Source of the DNA: Cyanophyceae cyanobacterium
Lineage (GTDB): Bacteria > Cyanobacteriota > Cyanobacteriia > Cyanobacteriales > JBHJGN01
Assembly: GCA_050331735.1 (NCBI GenBank)
Contig: JBHJGN010000071.1
Span: 1-60,741, forward strand
DNA: 60,741 nt
Direction of reading: 5' to 3'
The notes below the pieces were generated by a model. The model was not told the origin of the DNA. It was given only the letters and a program-made list of their open reading frames with translations, and searched no databases. Position 1 is the first letter of the stretch; every line of letters starts with the position of its first letter. Positions 40,664 to 50,579 of this stretch are shown piece by piece. A program made the position numbers and the translations under genes.

Positions 40664-41680
40664 ATGTCACAACTGCCAGTGCCAGATTTTTTTGATGCCA
40701 ATCGCGTGGATCGGGTGTGGCGGGTTCCTTATCAGCAAAGAGCCGCCGAAGCCGAAGCCTGGGCTCAGCAGCATCATATTACACCAGCGGCCAGCGATCG
40801 CCACCGTGTTGGCCTGCTGGCGATTGACGTGCAAAATACCTTTTGTCTACCGGATTTTGAGCTATTTGTAGCCGGACGTTCCGGGCGAGGAGCCGTCGAT
40901 GATAACAGGCGGCTGTGCGAATTTATCTATCGCCATTTAGGAGTAATTACAGATATTGTCGTCACCCTCGATACCCATACGGCAACGCAGATCTTTCATG
41001 CTGTGTTTTGGGTCGATGACGCGGGCCACCATCCGCCAGCGTCGACTCTGATTCACCTCGAGGACGTTCAGCAACGAGTGTGGAAGCCGAACCCGGCGGT
41101 TGCCGCTAGCGTCACGCTCAGCGAGCAAGCTCTCGAAGACTACGCGCTGCATTACGTGAGGCGATTGACGGAGGATGGTCGGTATCCGCTGACCATCTGG
41201 CCCTACCATGCTATCCTCGGAGGCATCAGTCATGCCCTAGTGGCGGCTGTTGAAGAAGCCGTCTTTTTCCACAATATAGCGAGAAACAGCCAGACTCAGT
41301 TTGAGCAGAAGGGCAGCAATCCGCTCACGGAGAACTATTCTGCCCTCCAGCCCGAAGTGCTGGTCGGGACAGATGGGAGAGCGATCGCCCACAAGAACAC
41401 GGCCTTGATCGATCGGCTCCTCGCCTATGATGTGCTTATTGTTGCGGGACAGGCCAAAAGCCATTGCGTTGCCTGGACGGTAGAGGATCTGCTGACGGAA
41501 ATCAAGAGTCGAGATCCGAAACTGGCTCATCAGGTTTACCTCCTTGAAGACTGTAGCTCTCCAGTCGTGATCGGTGAAGCGGTTGACTTTACCGCTCAAG
41601 CCGATGCTGCTTTTGAGCGCTTTGCCCATGCCGGGATCAATATTGTTCGATCCTCAACGGCAATAGCTGACTGGTTTTAG
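40664..41680 (+). CDS. isochorismatase/nicotinamidase-like cysteine hydrolase
   Basis: IDVQNTFC, TLDTH, IWPYH, AGQAKSHCV, LLEDCSS. Confidence 0.88.
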   Translation: MSQLPVPDFFDANRVDRVWRVPYQQRAAEAEAWAQQHHITPAASDRHRVGLLAIDVQNTFCLPDFELFVAGRSGRGAVDDNRRLCEFIYRHLGVITDIVVTLDTHTATQIFHAVFWVDDAGHHPPASTLIHLEDVQQRVWKPNPAVAASVTLSEQALEDYALHYVRRLTEDGRYPLTIWPYHAILGGISHALVAAVEEAVFFHNIARNSQTQFEQKGSNPLTENYSALQPEVLVGTDGRAIAHKNTALIDRLLAYDVLIVAGQAKSHCVAWTVEDLLTEIKSRDPKLAHQVYLLEDCSSPVVIGEAVDFTAQADAAFERFAHAGINIVRSSTAIADWF

Positions 41681-41803
41681 TTGAGGGAGGTTGAGCGGAG
41701 CTCGCCGGCATGAGGAACCATAGTCTTTTCGCTGATCGCTGATTGGTGCTTGAATCCCACGAAGTTAAGCAGATTCAATTCAGTTGAAAATCACCACCGA
41801 AAC

Positions 41804-42673
41804 ATGCAGAAACTTTTAGTGACCGGAGCTAGTGGCTTTTTGGGCTGGCATCTTTGTCGGCGGGCCACCGACCAATGGCAGGTCATTGGGACCACCTGGC
41901 GTCAGCGGGTAGAAATTCCTGGAGTTTGTCTAATTCGGGTTGATTTAAGACATTTCAAGACCCTGCAGGAGCTGTTTGCCCACGTACAGCCAGCGGCAGT
42001 GATTCATACGGCGGCCATGTCCAAGCCTAACGCTTGTCAGCAGAGCCCTGAAGCCGCCTATTCCATTAACGTTACCGCCTCTCTCAATCTGGCTCGGCTT
42101 TGCGCGGAGGCGAGGATTCCTGTTGTCTTTACGTCCACTGATTTGGTATTCGACGGCCACAATCCTCCCTATTCAGAAACCGCGCCTGTCTCTCCGCTCA
42201 ACATCTACGGCGAGCAGAAGGTGGCTGCTGAACAAGGCATTCTCAAGCGCTCTCCCCGTGCTGTTATCTGCCGTCTACCGCTCCTCTTTGGTGCAGCAAC
42301 GCCGAGCGCCAGCAGCTTCATGCAGCCGCTGGTTGCTGCCTTAAAAGCTGGACAGGAACTGCGATTATTTACCGATGAATTTAGAACTCCCGTCAGTGCG
42401 GCCACCGCTGCCGACGGTTTGCTGTTGGCCCTCAACACTCAGGGAATCTTGCATCTTGGGGGCAAAGACCGGGTATCTCGATACCAGTTTGGATGTTTAA
42501 TAGCAGAAGTCTTCGGTCTTTCCCAGGCCAACATTTCTCCCTGCCGTCAAAGAGATATCCCGATGGCGGCTCCGAGAGCGGCGGATGTTTCCCTCGATAG
42601 CTCAAAAGCCTTTAGTTTAGGTTATCGACCTTTACCGCTTCAGGAGCAGTTAAAGTCTTTACTAGAGCAATAA
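41804..42673 (+). CDS. RmlD-like NAD(P)-dependent oxidoreductase (dTDP-4-dehydrorhamnose reductase family)
   Basis: LVTGASGFLG, STDLVFDG, YGEQK, DEFRTP, PRAADVSLD. Confidence 0.9.
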   Translation: MQKLLVTGASGFLGWHLCRRATDQWQVIGTTWRQRVEIPGVCLIRVDLRHFKTLQELFAHVQPAAVIHTAAMSKPNACQQSPEAAYSINVTASLNLARLCAEARIPVVFTSTDLVFDGHNPPYSETAPVSPLNIYGEQKVAAEQGILKRSPRAVICRLPLLFGAATPSASSFMQPLVAALKAGQELRLFTDEFRTPVSAATAADGLLLALNTQGILHLGGKDRVSRYQFGCLIAEVFGLSQANISPCRQRDIPMAAPRAADVSLDSSKAFSLGYRPLPLQEQLKSLLEQ

Positions 42674-42727
42674 CCAATCTGTCTCTGCCCTTTCCCCTTT
42701 TCCCGTCGCGAAGCGACTGAGCTGGCC

Positions 42728-43438
42728 ATGACCAATCTCCCACAACTATCTGTATTGACCTTCCCGGTACACTTGGCCAACGACTATACGCAGTGGCTAA
42801 CCGAACGTCTTCGTCAAGGCGTTAGCACCCACGTTGTTACCCTCAATGCAGAAATGGTCATGCTGGCTGAGCAGAATCCGGCCTTAGCTGAGGTGATTCG
42901 AGCAGCGGAATTAGTCATTCCAGACGGTGCCGGCATCACGCTCCATCTCCGTCTCAAGCGTCAGCGACAGAAACGCTGTCCCGGCATTGAGCTGGCAGCA
43001 TCGCTGCTGAAAAATTTACAGCAAGAGTTAGTCTGCTTTTATGGAGGAAAACCAGGCGTGGCTCAAGCAGCGGCTCAAAGCTGGCAGAAGCAGCTTCCGC
43101 ACCTAAACATTATTGCCAGTCACGGCTACCTCTCCCCCCCTGAACAGCAGCAGTGGAAACAAACGCTAGCAGAACATCAGCCCCGGGTCATTTTAGTTGG
43201 TTTAGGAGTCCCCCAGCAGGAACTGTGGATTTTCCAGAATCGTTCTCTGTGCCCGCAGGCGATTTGGATCGGGGTGGGCGGTAGCTTCGATATTTGGGCA
43301 GGAGTGAAAACGCGGGCACCAAAATGGTTGAGAGAGAACAGCTTGGAATGGCTATACCGTCTCTACCAGGAACCTTGGCGCTGGAAGCGGATGCTAGCGT
43401 TACCGCAATTTTTTCTAAAGTCCTTGTTTTCTAAATGA
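42728..43438 (+). CDS. WecB/TagA/CpsF-family glycosyltransferase
   Basis: VVTLNAE, IPDGAG, GLGVPQQE, GVGGSFD, RAPKW, LEWLYRLYQEPWRWKRM. Confidence 0.93.
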   Translation: MTNLPQLSVLTFPVHLANDYTQWLTERLRQGVSTHVVTLNAEMVMLAEQNPALAEVIRAAELVIPDGAGITLHLRLKRQRQKRCPGIELAASLLKNLQQELVCFYGGKPGVAQAAAQSWQKQLPHLNIIASHGYLSPPEQQQWKQTLAEHQPRVILVGLGVPQQELWIFQNRSLCPQAIWIGVGGSFDIWAGVKTRAPKWLRENSLEWLYRLYQEPWRWKRMLALPQFFLKSLFSK

Positions 43439-43460
43439 AGACAGCTAAGGCTTCAGATTA

Positions 43461-44348
43461 CTACTGAAGCAGCTCAGCTTCTTGCTGGTAATTCAGCAGC
43501 CGCTCTAACTCGCTCAACTGCTCAGAATAGAACTGAATGCTGCTCGGGCCAGAGCTGATTTCTGTAGCAGGAGAGATAAAAGTTGTCGGTTCTGCCAACT
43601 GGTGTTGGGAAAAGCCGACCGTTCTGATAAAGGGATCTTTAGCAACCGTTTCTAGACCAACCGAACGCAGCAGCTCTACCCACTGATCTGCTATTGCTTT
43701 ATCAGACTGCAAGCTTTTTGCTTGAGCAAGAGTTGCCAAGGCTTCGTGCCAAATATTAGCCTCTTGATAAAACGCCGCTTGTTCTAAGGGGCTTAATCGG
43801 CTTAATCGGCTAATTGCCACTTGCTCAAGCTCAACACGCCGAATAATTCCCTCAACGACAACATCTTCGGCGCGGTTATCCGGATTACAGATGATGGACA
43901 GATACCAGTGGTAGTCCCGATTAACTTTCAGCGGCTGTGCTGTGCTGGCTATTTTAACGCTGATAATTCCCTGTTTCCCAGAAGCCGAGAAGATTGTATC
44001 GTAAACGAGCTGGTCTTCCTGGTTGCGCAGAACAAACTCTACTGTCTGCTGCTGGTCGGCGCGAGGCAGGCGTAAAAACAAGGTCGGAGAAGGAGAGGTC
44101 GTCAGGCTCACAGATTCGTTGGGAATGAGAGCCACAAGAGAATTTTGACTGATGCAGGTTTCTCGTCTCGTGCCGCCGCCGGCTCTACGCGAAGGAAGCG
44201 GAATCGGCTCCTCCGGTTCGGCCACAGTTTTTCTGCTCTGGTAGGTGCTGGCTAAGGCTACTGGTGCAGGGCAAACTGAAAACACGGTCAGTAGCGAAGC
44301 AATACAGATAATCGGTAAAGCTTTACCAAAGTGCGATCGCTCTAACAC
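43461..44348 (-). CDS. DUF928 domain secreted protein
   Basis: Signal peptide (ALA); RRAGGGTR..C, LVALIP, TTSPSPTL, YHWYLSIIC, GIIRRV, IWHEAL, WVELLRSVGL. Confidence 0.9.
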   Translation of the reverse strand: MLERSHFGKALPIICIASLLTVFSVCPAPVALASTYQSRKTVAEPEEPIPLPSRRAGGGTRRETCISQNSLVALIPNESVSLTTSPSPTLFLRLPRADQQQTVEFVLRNQEDQLVYDTIFSASGKQGIISVKIASTAQPLKVNRDYHWYLSIICNPDNRAEDVVVEGIIRRVELEQVAISRLSRLSPLEQAAFYQEANIWHEALATLAQAKSLQSDKAIADQWVELLRSVGLETVAKDPFIRTVGFSQHQLAEPTTFISPATEISSGPSSIQFYSEQLSELERLLNYQQEAELLQ

Positions 44349-44612
44349 GACAATTTCCTCTATACGGATTCAAGCTTAGGTCACTAGATAGTGTAACATT
44401 ATTTGTCGATTGAGCAAGGGAGAGGCCAAAATTTAGCCGCTCAAACTTGGGTAACTGACCTGTTCTCCCGGGAATTCCTCGCCCTGAAGGAACTTCGGGC
44501 AGGACGGGCAGCACCACTAAAATGAGCAGCTCTTTAGGTAACATAAAGTAATATTTATTGCTAAAAAAGTAACTTTTTAGAGAACCCTCAACCGCGATCG
44601 CTATCCTAGGCC

Positions 44613-47132
44613 ATGATGAAGCTTCTCCACACGGTTCGTTTGCTGTTCTTCAAGACAAAAGCTCGCCCAGGATTTTTTGGGTCAGCTTCCGGGTCTCTGG
44701 TGCTGCTCGCTAGCGTCCTCGTTACGGGAACAGTGCTGGCCGCTAAGTCCTTAAGCTGGTTTCAGTTGCCTGAGCTAGTCGCCTACGACAGCATGATTCG
44801 TCTTCGGCCAGAAGCTCCCCTCGATTCTCGTTTGCTCATTGTCGGAATCACTGAGGCAGATATTCAAAACCAAAAGAGCTGGCCTCTCTCCGATGAAGTC
44901 GTTGCTCAACTGCTCGAGAAACTCCAAAGGCATCAGCCACGGGTGATTGGTTTAGATTTATACCGCGATATTCCCCATCCGCCAGGAACAGCCTCTCTGC
45001 GGCAGCAGCTTCAGGCCGACAACGTTGTTGCTATTTATGAAATTGGCAACAACACTGGCGTCAAGCCTCCCCCGGGAGTTCCCGAGGAGCGTCTTGGCTT
45101 TAACGATTTACTGCTGGATGCCGACAATGTGCTGCGCCGGAATCTTCTCTATGCCGAGTCCGCCTCTGGGGCCCGAAAAATTTACTCGTTTGCTCTTCAG
45201 GTCAGCCTCCACTATTTAGGCGATCGCGCGGCACTCTTTGCGGCCTATCCAGACTTTCTCCAAATTGGTCAGACCGTCTTCCCGACTCTCAAGCCCAATT
45301 CCGGCGGCTATCAGATGGTTCCGCTCGAAGCTCAAGGCTGGCAAACCTTGCGAATCTACCGCTCTCGAGAAATAGCGCCCCAAATTTCTCTTACCCAGGC
45401 TTTGACCGAAGAGTTAGATCCGAACCTGATTCGGGGTAAAGCGGTGCTGATTGGCACTACGGCTCCGAGTGAAAAAGATATTTTTTTGAGTCCCTACAGC
45501 GCTACTTTAACTGGCATGTTGCGAGTGCCGGGGGTAGAAGCCCATGCTCGTACCGTTAGCCAAATCCTCGGTGCTGTCCTCGATGATTCTTCTCAGTTCT
45601 GGTTTTGGCCAGAAACGAGCGAGGGGCTGTGGATCTGGGCCTGGTCTCTAGGAGGCGGCGTTTTAGTCTGGCGCATCCACCGTCCGCTCCTATTGGGAGT
45701 CAGCTTAGCGACGGCGGTCCTGCTCCTGTGGGGACTCTGCTTCGGGCTATTTCTCGGCTCGGGATGGGTGCCGTTTGCTGCCCCAGCCATTGCTTTAGTC
45801 GCCACTGGCGGCAGTGTCTTAGCCTACAAGTTTTTCTACAGTTTTTCCTACGATTCTCTCACGGGTCTGGCCAATCGCGGTCGCTTCATCAAACAGCTAC
45901 GACAAGAACGCCACAGACACCAACCGATCGCCGTAATCGTGGTGACGCTCAACCGTTTCAAGGTAATCAACGATAGTCTCGGACACCAGGCTGGAGATCA
46001 GCTTCTGATCGTGGCGGCTAATCGTCTGAGAACTTGCTTGCCCGGTAAATCTCAACTCGCGAGAGTCGGCAATCATGAGTTTGCTCTCTGTCTAAACGAT
46101 ATTGCTGAAATTGAAGCAGCGATCGCCGTTGCCAACTGTATCCAACAGAAGTTACAGGCTCCTTTCCGGTTAAACGAGCAAGATATCTACACCAGTACGA
46201 GCTTGGGGATTGCCTATCGCTACCCACAGAGTAGCGGCAAATTGGAAGACCTGCTGCAAAACGCTCATATTGCCATGTATCGAGCCAAAGCGCTCGGTAA
46301 ACAGCGGCCAGAAGTCTTTATTGCCAGAATGCACGACCAGACGCTCAAGCGCTGGCAGCTCGAAACGGATTTGCGTCAGGCGTTGGAGCACCATGAGTTC
46401 GAGCTTTATTATCAGCCAATTGTGTTACTGGAGACGGGAAAACTGGCGGGTTTTGAAGCGTTGATTCGCTGGCGATCGCCTGAACGTGGCTTTGTCGTTC
46501 CCAGTGAATTCATTCCCATCGCTGAAGAAACGGGCTTAATCATTCCTATCGGTCAGCGCGTACTGCGAGCAGCCTGCCTGCAAATGAAGCGCTGGCACGA
46601 GCAGTTTCCCCATAACGCATCGCTGACGATTAGCGTGAATCTCTCCCCACGGCAGTTTGCTCAGCCAGAACTGCTCCGGCAGGTTCAGCAAACCATTGCA
46701 GACGTGGGACTGGATTCGCGGTGCCTGAAGCTGGAGATTACCGAGAGCATGGTGACAGAAGATTTGGAAGGGGCGATCGCTCTTCTCCAGCAGCTCAAGG
46801 CTCTCAACCTGAAGCTGAGTATCGATGATTTTGGCACGGGCTATTCTTCGTTGAGTACGCTGCACCGCTTTCCCATTGATACCCTCAAGATCGATAAATC
46901 CTTTGTCTGTCGTCTGGAGGAAAGCTCCCAGTATGCCGAGATTGTTAAAACCATTGTGGTTTTAGGACACAATTTGGGGTTAGAAATTATTGCAGAAGGC
47001 ATTGAGACAGCCGCTCAGATGCAGATGCTTCGAGCTTTAGGCTGCGAGTACGGACAGGGCTACCTGTTTGCCAAACCGCTCTCGAAAGAAGCCGTTGCTA
47101 AGCTGATTGCGCAAGAGCCGCAGTGGCGATAG
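44613..47132 (+). CDS. CHASE2-GGDEF(degenerate)-EAL membrane receptor, predicted c-di-GMP phosphodiesterase
   Basis: CHASE2 motifs (DSRLLIVGITEADI, PRVIGLDLYRD, GKAVLIG, PGVEAHA), three TM helices, GNHEF in place of GGDEF, EALIRW and DDFGTGYSS. Confidence 0.93.
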   Translation: MMKLLHTVRLLFFKTKARPGFFGSASGSLVLLASVLVTGTVLAAKSLSWFQLPELVAYDSMIRLRPEAPLDSRLLIVGITEADIQNQKSWPLSDEVVAQLLEKLQRHQPRVIGLDLYRDIPHPPGTASLRQQLQADNVVAIYEIGNNTGVKPPPGVPEERLGFNDLLLDADNVLRRNLLYAESASGARKIYSFALQVSLHYLGDRAALFAAYPDFLQIGQTVFPTLKPNSGGYQMVPLEAQGWQTLRIYRSREIAPQISLTQALTEELDPNLIRGKAVLIGTTAPSEKDIFLSPYSATLTGMLRVPGVEAHARTVSQILGAVLDDSSQFWFWPETSEGLWIWAWSLGGGVLVWRIHRPLLLGVSLATAVLLLWGLCFGLFLGSGWVPFAAPAIALVATGGSVLAYKFFYSFSYDSLTGLANRGRFIKQLRQERHRHQPIAVIVVTLNRFKVINDSLGHQAGDQLLIVAANRLRTCLPGKSQLARVGNHEFALCLNDIAEIEAAIAVANCIQQKLQAPFRLNEQDIYTSTSLGIAYRYPQSSGKLEDLLQNAHIAMYRAKALGKQRPEVFIARMHDQTLKRWQLETDLRQALEHHEFELYYQPIVLLETGKLAGFEALIRWRSPERGFVVPSEFIPIAEETGLIIPIGQRVLRAACLQMKRWHEQFPHNASLTISVNLSPRQFAQPELLRQVQQTIADVGLDSRCLKLEITESMVTEDLEGAIALLQQLKALNLKLSIDDFGTGYSSLSTLHRFPIDTLKIDKSFVCRLEESSQYAEIVKTIVVLGHNLGLEIIAEGIETAAQMQMLRALGCEYGQGYLFAKPLSKEAVAKLIAQEPQWR

Positions 47133-47442
47133 GCTTTTTCTCCGGTTGCAGCAATCTACTACCAAATTTTTATCTAGAAAACAGAAAAAAAGATCAGAGT
47201 TTGCTAGGGTTTTCTACCTAGAGCATCCAAGAATTTACAGAAAAGCACAGGCGAAAGAAAATCTTTTAAAGCTAAGCTCTATAGAGCATTCTGCGTTTTT
47301 CAGAGCCAATAAGATTTGCTGAAGCGGCAAATGTGAAGATTTAGTTAAGAACAATTACTGATGTTTCTTTAGATAGAGAAAAATATATTGTTTCTTGTAA
47401 ATAACTTGAAAGAGTAACTCCAAAACTAGAGAGGCTAAAATC

Positions 47443-47616
47443 ATGAACATTAATTCTGTATTAATCGCTGTCACCCTAATTTTGATCAGCGGAGTTGGAG
47501 TCGGCACAGCTCAGGCAACTCAGATTCAAGAAGACACCGCTCAGCTATTCCAACTTGAAGACATTCAAGATACGGTAACGGCTGAAGGAAGAAGAAGAGG
47601 TGGAAAGCAACGGTAA
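47443..47616 (+). CDS. unannotated 57-aa secreted peptide
   Basis: MNINSVLIAVTLILISGVGVGTAQA|TQIQEDTAQLFQLEDIQDTVTAEGRRRGGKQR*; AGAGAGG RBS 8 nt upstream; signal peptide with AxA site; absent from the ORF track, presumably too short. Confidence 0.75.
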   Translation: MNINSVLIAVTLILISGVGVGTAQATQIQEDTAQLFQLEDIQDTVTAEGRRRGGKQR

Positions 47617-47909
47617 TTAAAGAACTGTTCTAGTTAAGTAAACCAAATACGAGCAAATTATCAGAATAAAGAAGGACTGGTAAGAGAAAAAGTGTACGCT
47701 CAAGACAAATAATTTTAGCAATTGATCGTGTTTGATGAATTGCCGCAGGTCGAGCAGTATGCTTTAGGCTTGACAAAATTTGTAGCTTCAGTAGGCAGTT
47801 GCTAGCTACTAATAGGATTTAAGCTTCTGCTAGCCGGATTCTGATAGGATTACACCAGTACATTTTCTAGCAGTTAGCGGCTAAAGCCTCTATTAACCTG
47901 CTCGATTTG

Positions 47910-50579
47910 ATGAAACAACAGTACTATACCTGGGTTGCTAGCAGTCTTGCTTACTTCTGTTTAGCAACCCCATCTGTTTATGCTAATCCAATTGAAGCTG
48001 ATGCGACTTTAGCACCTGACAACACTGTTGTTAATCATCAGGGAAACACCTTTGAAATTACAGGTGGAGTCGAAGCTGGCACTAACTTGTTTCATAGCTT
48101 TAAGCAATTTTCTGTGCCTGATGGGAGTGTTGCTCGCTTTGTTAATGACGTTTCAGCCATCGAAAATGTCATTACCCGGGTTACGGGTTCATCTCCTTCA
48201 ATAATTAACGGTCGGCTCGAAGCTGGAGGCATGGCTCCTAATTTCAACTTGTTTCTGCTCAACCCTAACGGGATTAGTTTTGGTCCAAATGCCTCCCTCG
48301 GGTTAAACGGTTCGTTTATTGCCACTACAGCGAATGCGATTCAGTTTCGTACTCAGGGATTCTTTGGCACTAATGCATCAAGCGACCCATCAGTGCTTAG
48401 GATTAATCCTTCGGCATTGCTATTTAGTCAAACCCAATCCCAACCAATCAACAGCAAGCGCTCCTCTCTCTCCTTAGCAGAGGGAAACACTCTCGGGTTC
48501 GTTGGTGGCGAGGTTTTAATAGACGCTAGCAAGCTGATAGTTCCTGGGGGCGATGTTGAATTAGGAGGACTCTCACAGCCAGGAGCAGTACAGTTAATCT
48601 GGGAAGGGAACAATTTTGACTTAGGTTTTCCTCCTGACAAGGCTACGCTAGCTGATGTCACGCTTACCAATGGAGCCGAAATTAACGTAAGGTCATCTCG
48701 CGGTGGCAATATTAACATTGCTGCCGAAGCTCTGACGATTCTAGCTGAAAGCAAGCTTTTTGCTGGAGTTGAAGAAGGCACAGGTTCTAGAAACGCTAGA
48801 TCCGGGGATGTTACGTTACAGGCTCGCTCTGTTGATATTGTCAATTCTGAATTGAGAAACAGAGTTTTGGGTAGAGGGCAAGGCGGAAGCGTCTTGATAA
48901 CAGTTGATAATTCTCTGCGGTTAGATGGCAATACACTGATTCAGAGCAATCTAGGCGATTTTGGTATTGAAGCAGCAGCAGGACAAGCAGGTAATATTAA
49001 TATTCAGGCGCGCTCACTTTCACTCCTTAACGGGGCTCAGATACAGTCCAACACTAGAGGGCGCGGTAATGCTGGGCAGATTGATATCCGTGCCCATAGG
49101 GTAAAAATTGAGGGAGAGATCGAAGATGAAGAAGTGCCGGGGGATTTTTTTCCCAGCGCAATCTTCAGCACGGTAGGGGAAGAGGCAATCGGCAGTGGGG
49201 GAAATATTGATATTAAAGCTAGCACATTAGAAATATCTGATGGAGGACAAGTGCTAGCCGATACTTTGGGTATAGGTGATGCCGGAAGTATTTCCATTCG
49301 GGCTAGTGAAGCTGTCGCTCTTTCCCAAAGTACAGAAAACAACGGTACTCTGATTGGTAGCGGTGTAGTCTCGGGCGCAGAGGGCAATGGAGGAATAATT
49401 TTTCTAGAAACGCCAGTACTCTCTCTAACAGGTGGCGCTCAAATCGGGACGAACATTTTTGGTCCTTTGAAAGATCTTCCTGGTGGAATAGCAGACCAAG
49501 GAGGTGATATTTCAATTAATGCCTCTGATTTTGTCCTCATATCTGGGTTTGGTCTACGGGGGTTTTCCAGCGGAGTCTTCACTAGTGCTGAAGAAGATAC
49601 GACGGGTACAGCAGGAAGTATCAATATTACAACAGCAAACTTTCGTATTGAAGATGGTGCATCAGTAGATGCCCGAACCGAGAATGATAGCGCTGGAGGC
49701 AATATTAAAATTAACGCGACTACGTTTGAAGCAGTTGGCGGCGGTCAAATTCAAACGAATGCTAGGGGTCGGGGTCAAGCCGGCAATATTACTGCCAATG
49801 TAACAGGCAACCTCACCATTTCTAGTAGCGAGCCTGGCTTTGAATCTCGATTAGAGAAATTTGGGGAGCAGGTAGTCACTAAGTTTGGAGCGGAGAGCGG
49901 GCTGATTACGGTAGCGGAAGAGAGTAACGGAGGCAATATTACTCTCCAAAACTTAAATCTTTTGGTGCTGCTAGATGGCGGCAGAATATTAGCTAGTGCT
50001 CTCCAAGGTCGGGGAGGAAATATCAATATTGAAGCGCAGGGAGTGTCCGTTGCTAATCCTGAAGCGCAGATTGATGCGAGTGGTGAAGTTGATGGAAATA
50101 TTAATATCGAGACTCCTAATCTTGACCCCGATCAAAGACTGGTCAAGCTAGCGGTGGAAGTGGTCGATGTCGAAAACCTGGTCGCTCAAGGATGCCAACC
50201 TGGGAAAAACTTAGGTAACAGCAGCTTTACCATTACCGGACGCGGGGCTTTAACGCCTAGCCCCATCGATACGCTTTCTCCTAATTCGGTGCTCGTTGAT
50301 TTCGGAACGGATGCTGAGCCGTCACCGAACGACCGTTTTGCTCCATCAGAAGCCGAATCGACTGCTGAACCAGCTCTCCCGCTTGCTCCCCCAGAAATTC
50401 GGGAAGCTCAGGGATGGATTCAAGAAGCAAATGGTAAAGTAGTGCTAACCGCTCAAGCACCAGCGGGAAGTTCTTATACATCTGGCCTGAGTTCAGCAAC
50501 CTGCCGTGATTTTAGCTCTCGCTCACCCTTATCTATTTCTCCGACTACTACTAGAGATAGCACTAGTCGTCCTCGTTAG
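47910..50579 (+). CDS. filamentous haemagglutinin-like TpsA exoprotein
   Basis: Signal peptide; TPS domain NLFHSFKQFSV, RVTG, NLFLLNPNGI.FGPNASL; GxAGNINI beta-helix repeats; C-terminal SSFTITGRG and EAQGW..GKVVL. Confidence 0.93.
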   Translation: MKQQYYTWVASSLAYFCLATPSVYANPIEADATLAPDNTVVNHQGNTFEITGGVEAGTNLFHSFKQFSVPDGSVARFVNDVSAIENVITRVTGSSPSIINGRLEAGGMAPNFNLFLLNPNGISFGPNASLGLNGSFIATTANAIQFRTQGFFGTNASSDPSVLRINPSALLFSQTQSQPINSKRSSLSLAEGNTLGFVGGEVLIDASKLIVPGGDVELGGLSQPGAVQLIWEGNNFDLGFPPDKATLADVTLTNGAEINVRSSRGGNINIAAEALTILAESKLFAGVEEGTGSRNARSGDVTLQARSVDIVNSELRNRVLGRGQGGSVLITVDNSLRLDGNTLIQSNLGDFGIEAAAGQAGNINIQARSLSLLNGAQIQSNTRGRGNAGQIDIRAHRVKIEGEIEDEEVPGDFFPSAIFSTVGEEAIGSGGNIDIKASTLEISDGGQVLADTLGIGDAGSISIRASEAVALSQSTENNGTLIGSGVVSGAEGNGGIIFLETPVLSLTGGAQIGTNIFGPLKDLPGGIADQGGDISINASDFVLISGFGLRGFSSGVFTSAEEDTTGTAGSINITTANFRIEDGASVDARTENDSAGGNIKINATTFEAVGGGQIQTNARGRGQAGNITANVTGNLTISSSEPGFESRLEKFGEQVVTKFGAESGLITVAEESNGGNITLQNLNLLVLLDGGRILASALQGRGGNINIEAQGVSVANPEAQIDASGEVDGNINIETPNLDPDQRLVKLAVEVVDVENLVAQGCQPGKNLGNSSFTITGRGALTPSPIDTLSPNSVLVDFGTDAEPSPNDRFAPSEAESTAEPALPLAPPEIREAQGWIQEANGKVVLTAQAPAGSSYTSGLSSATCRDFSSRSPLSISPTTTRDSTSRPR

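Noticed and set aside
47587..47613. Calling the micropeptide PatS or PatX
   Set aside because: The diagnostic RGSGR pentapeptide is absent; only the general architecture is similar.
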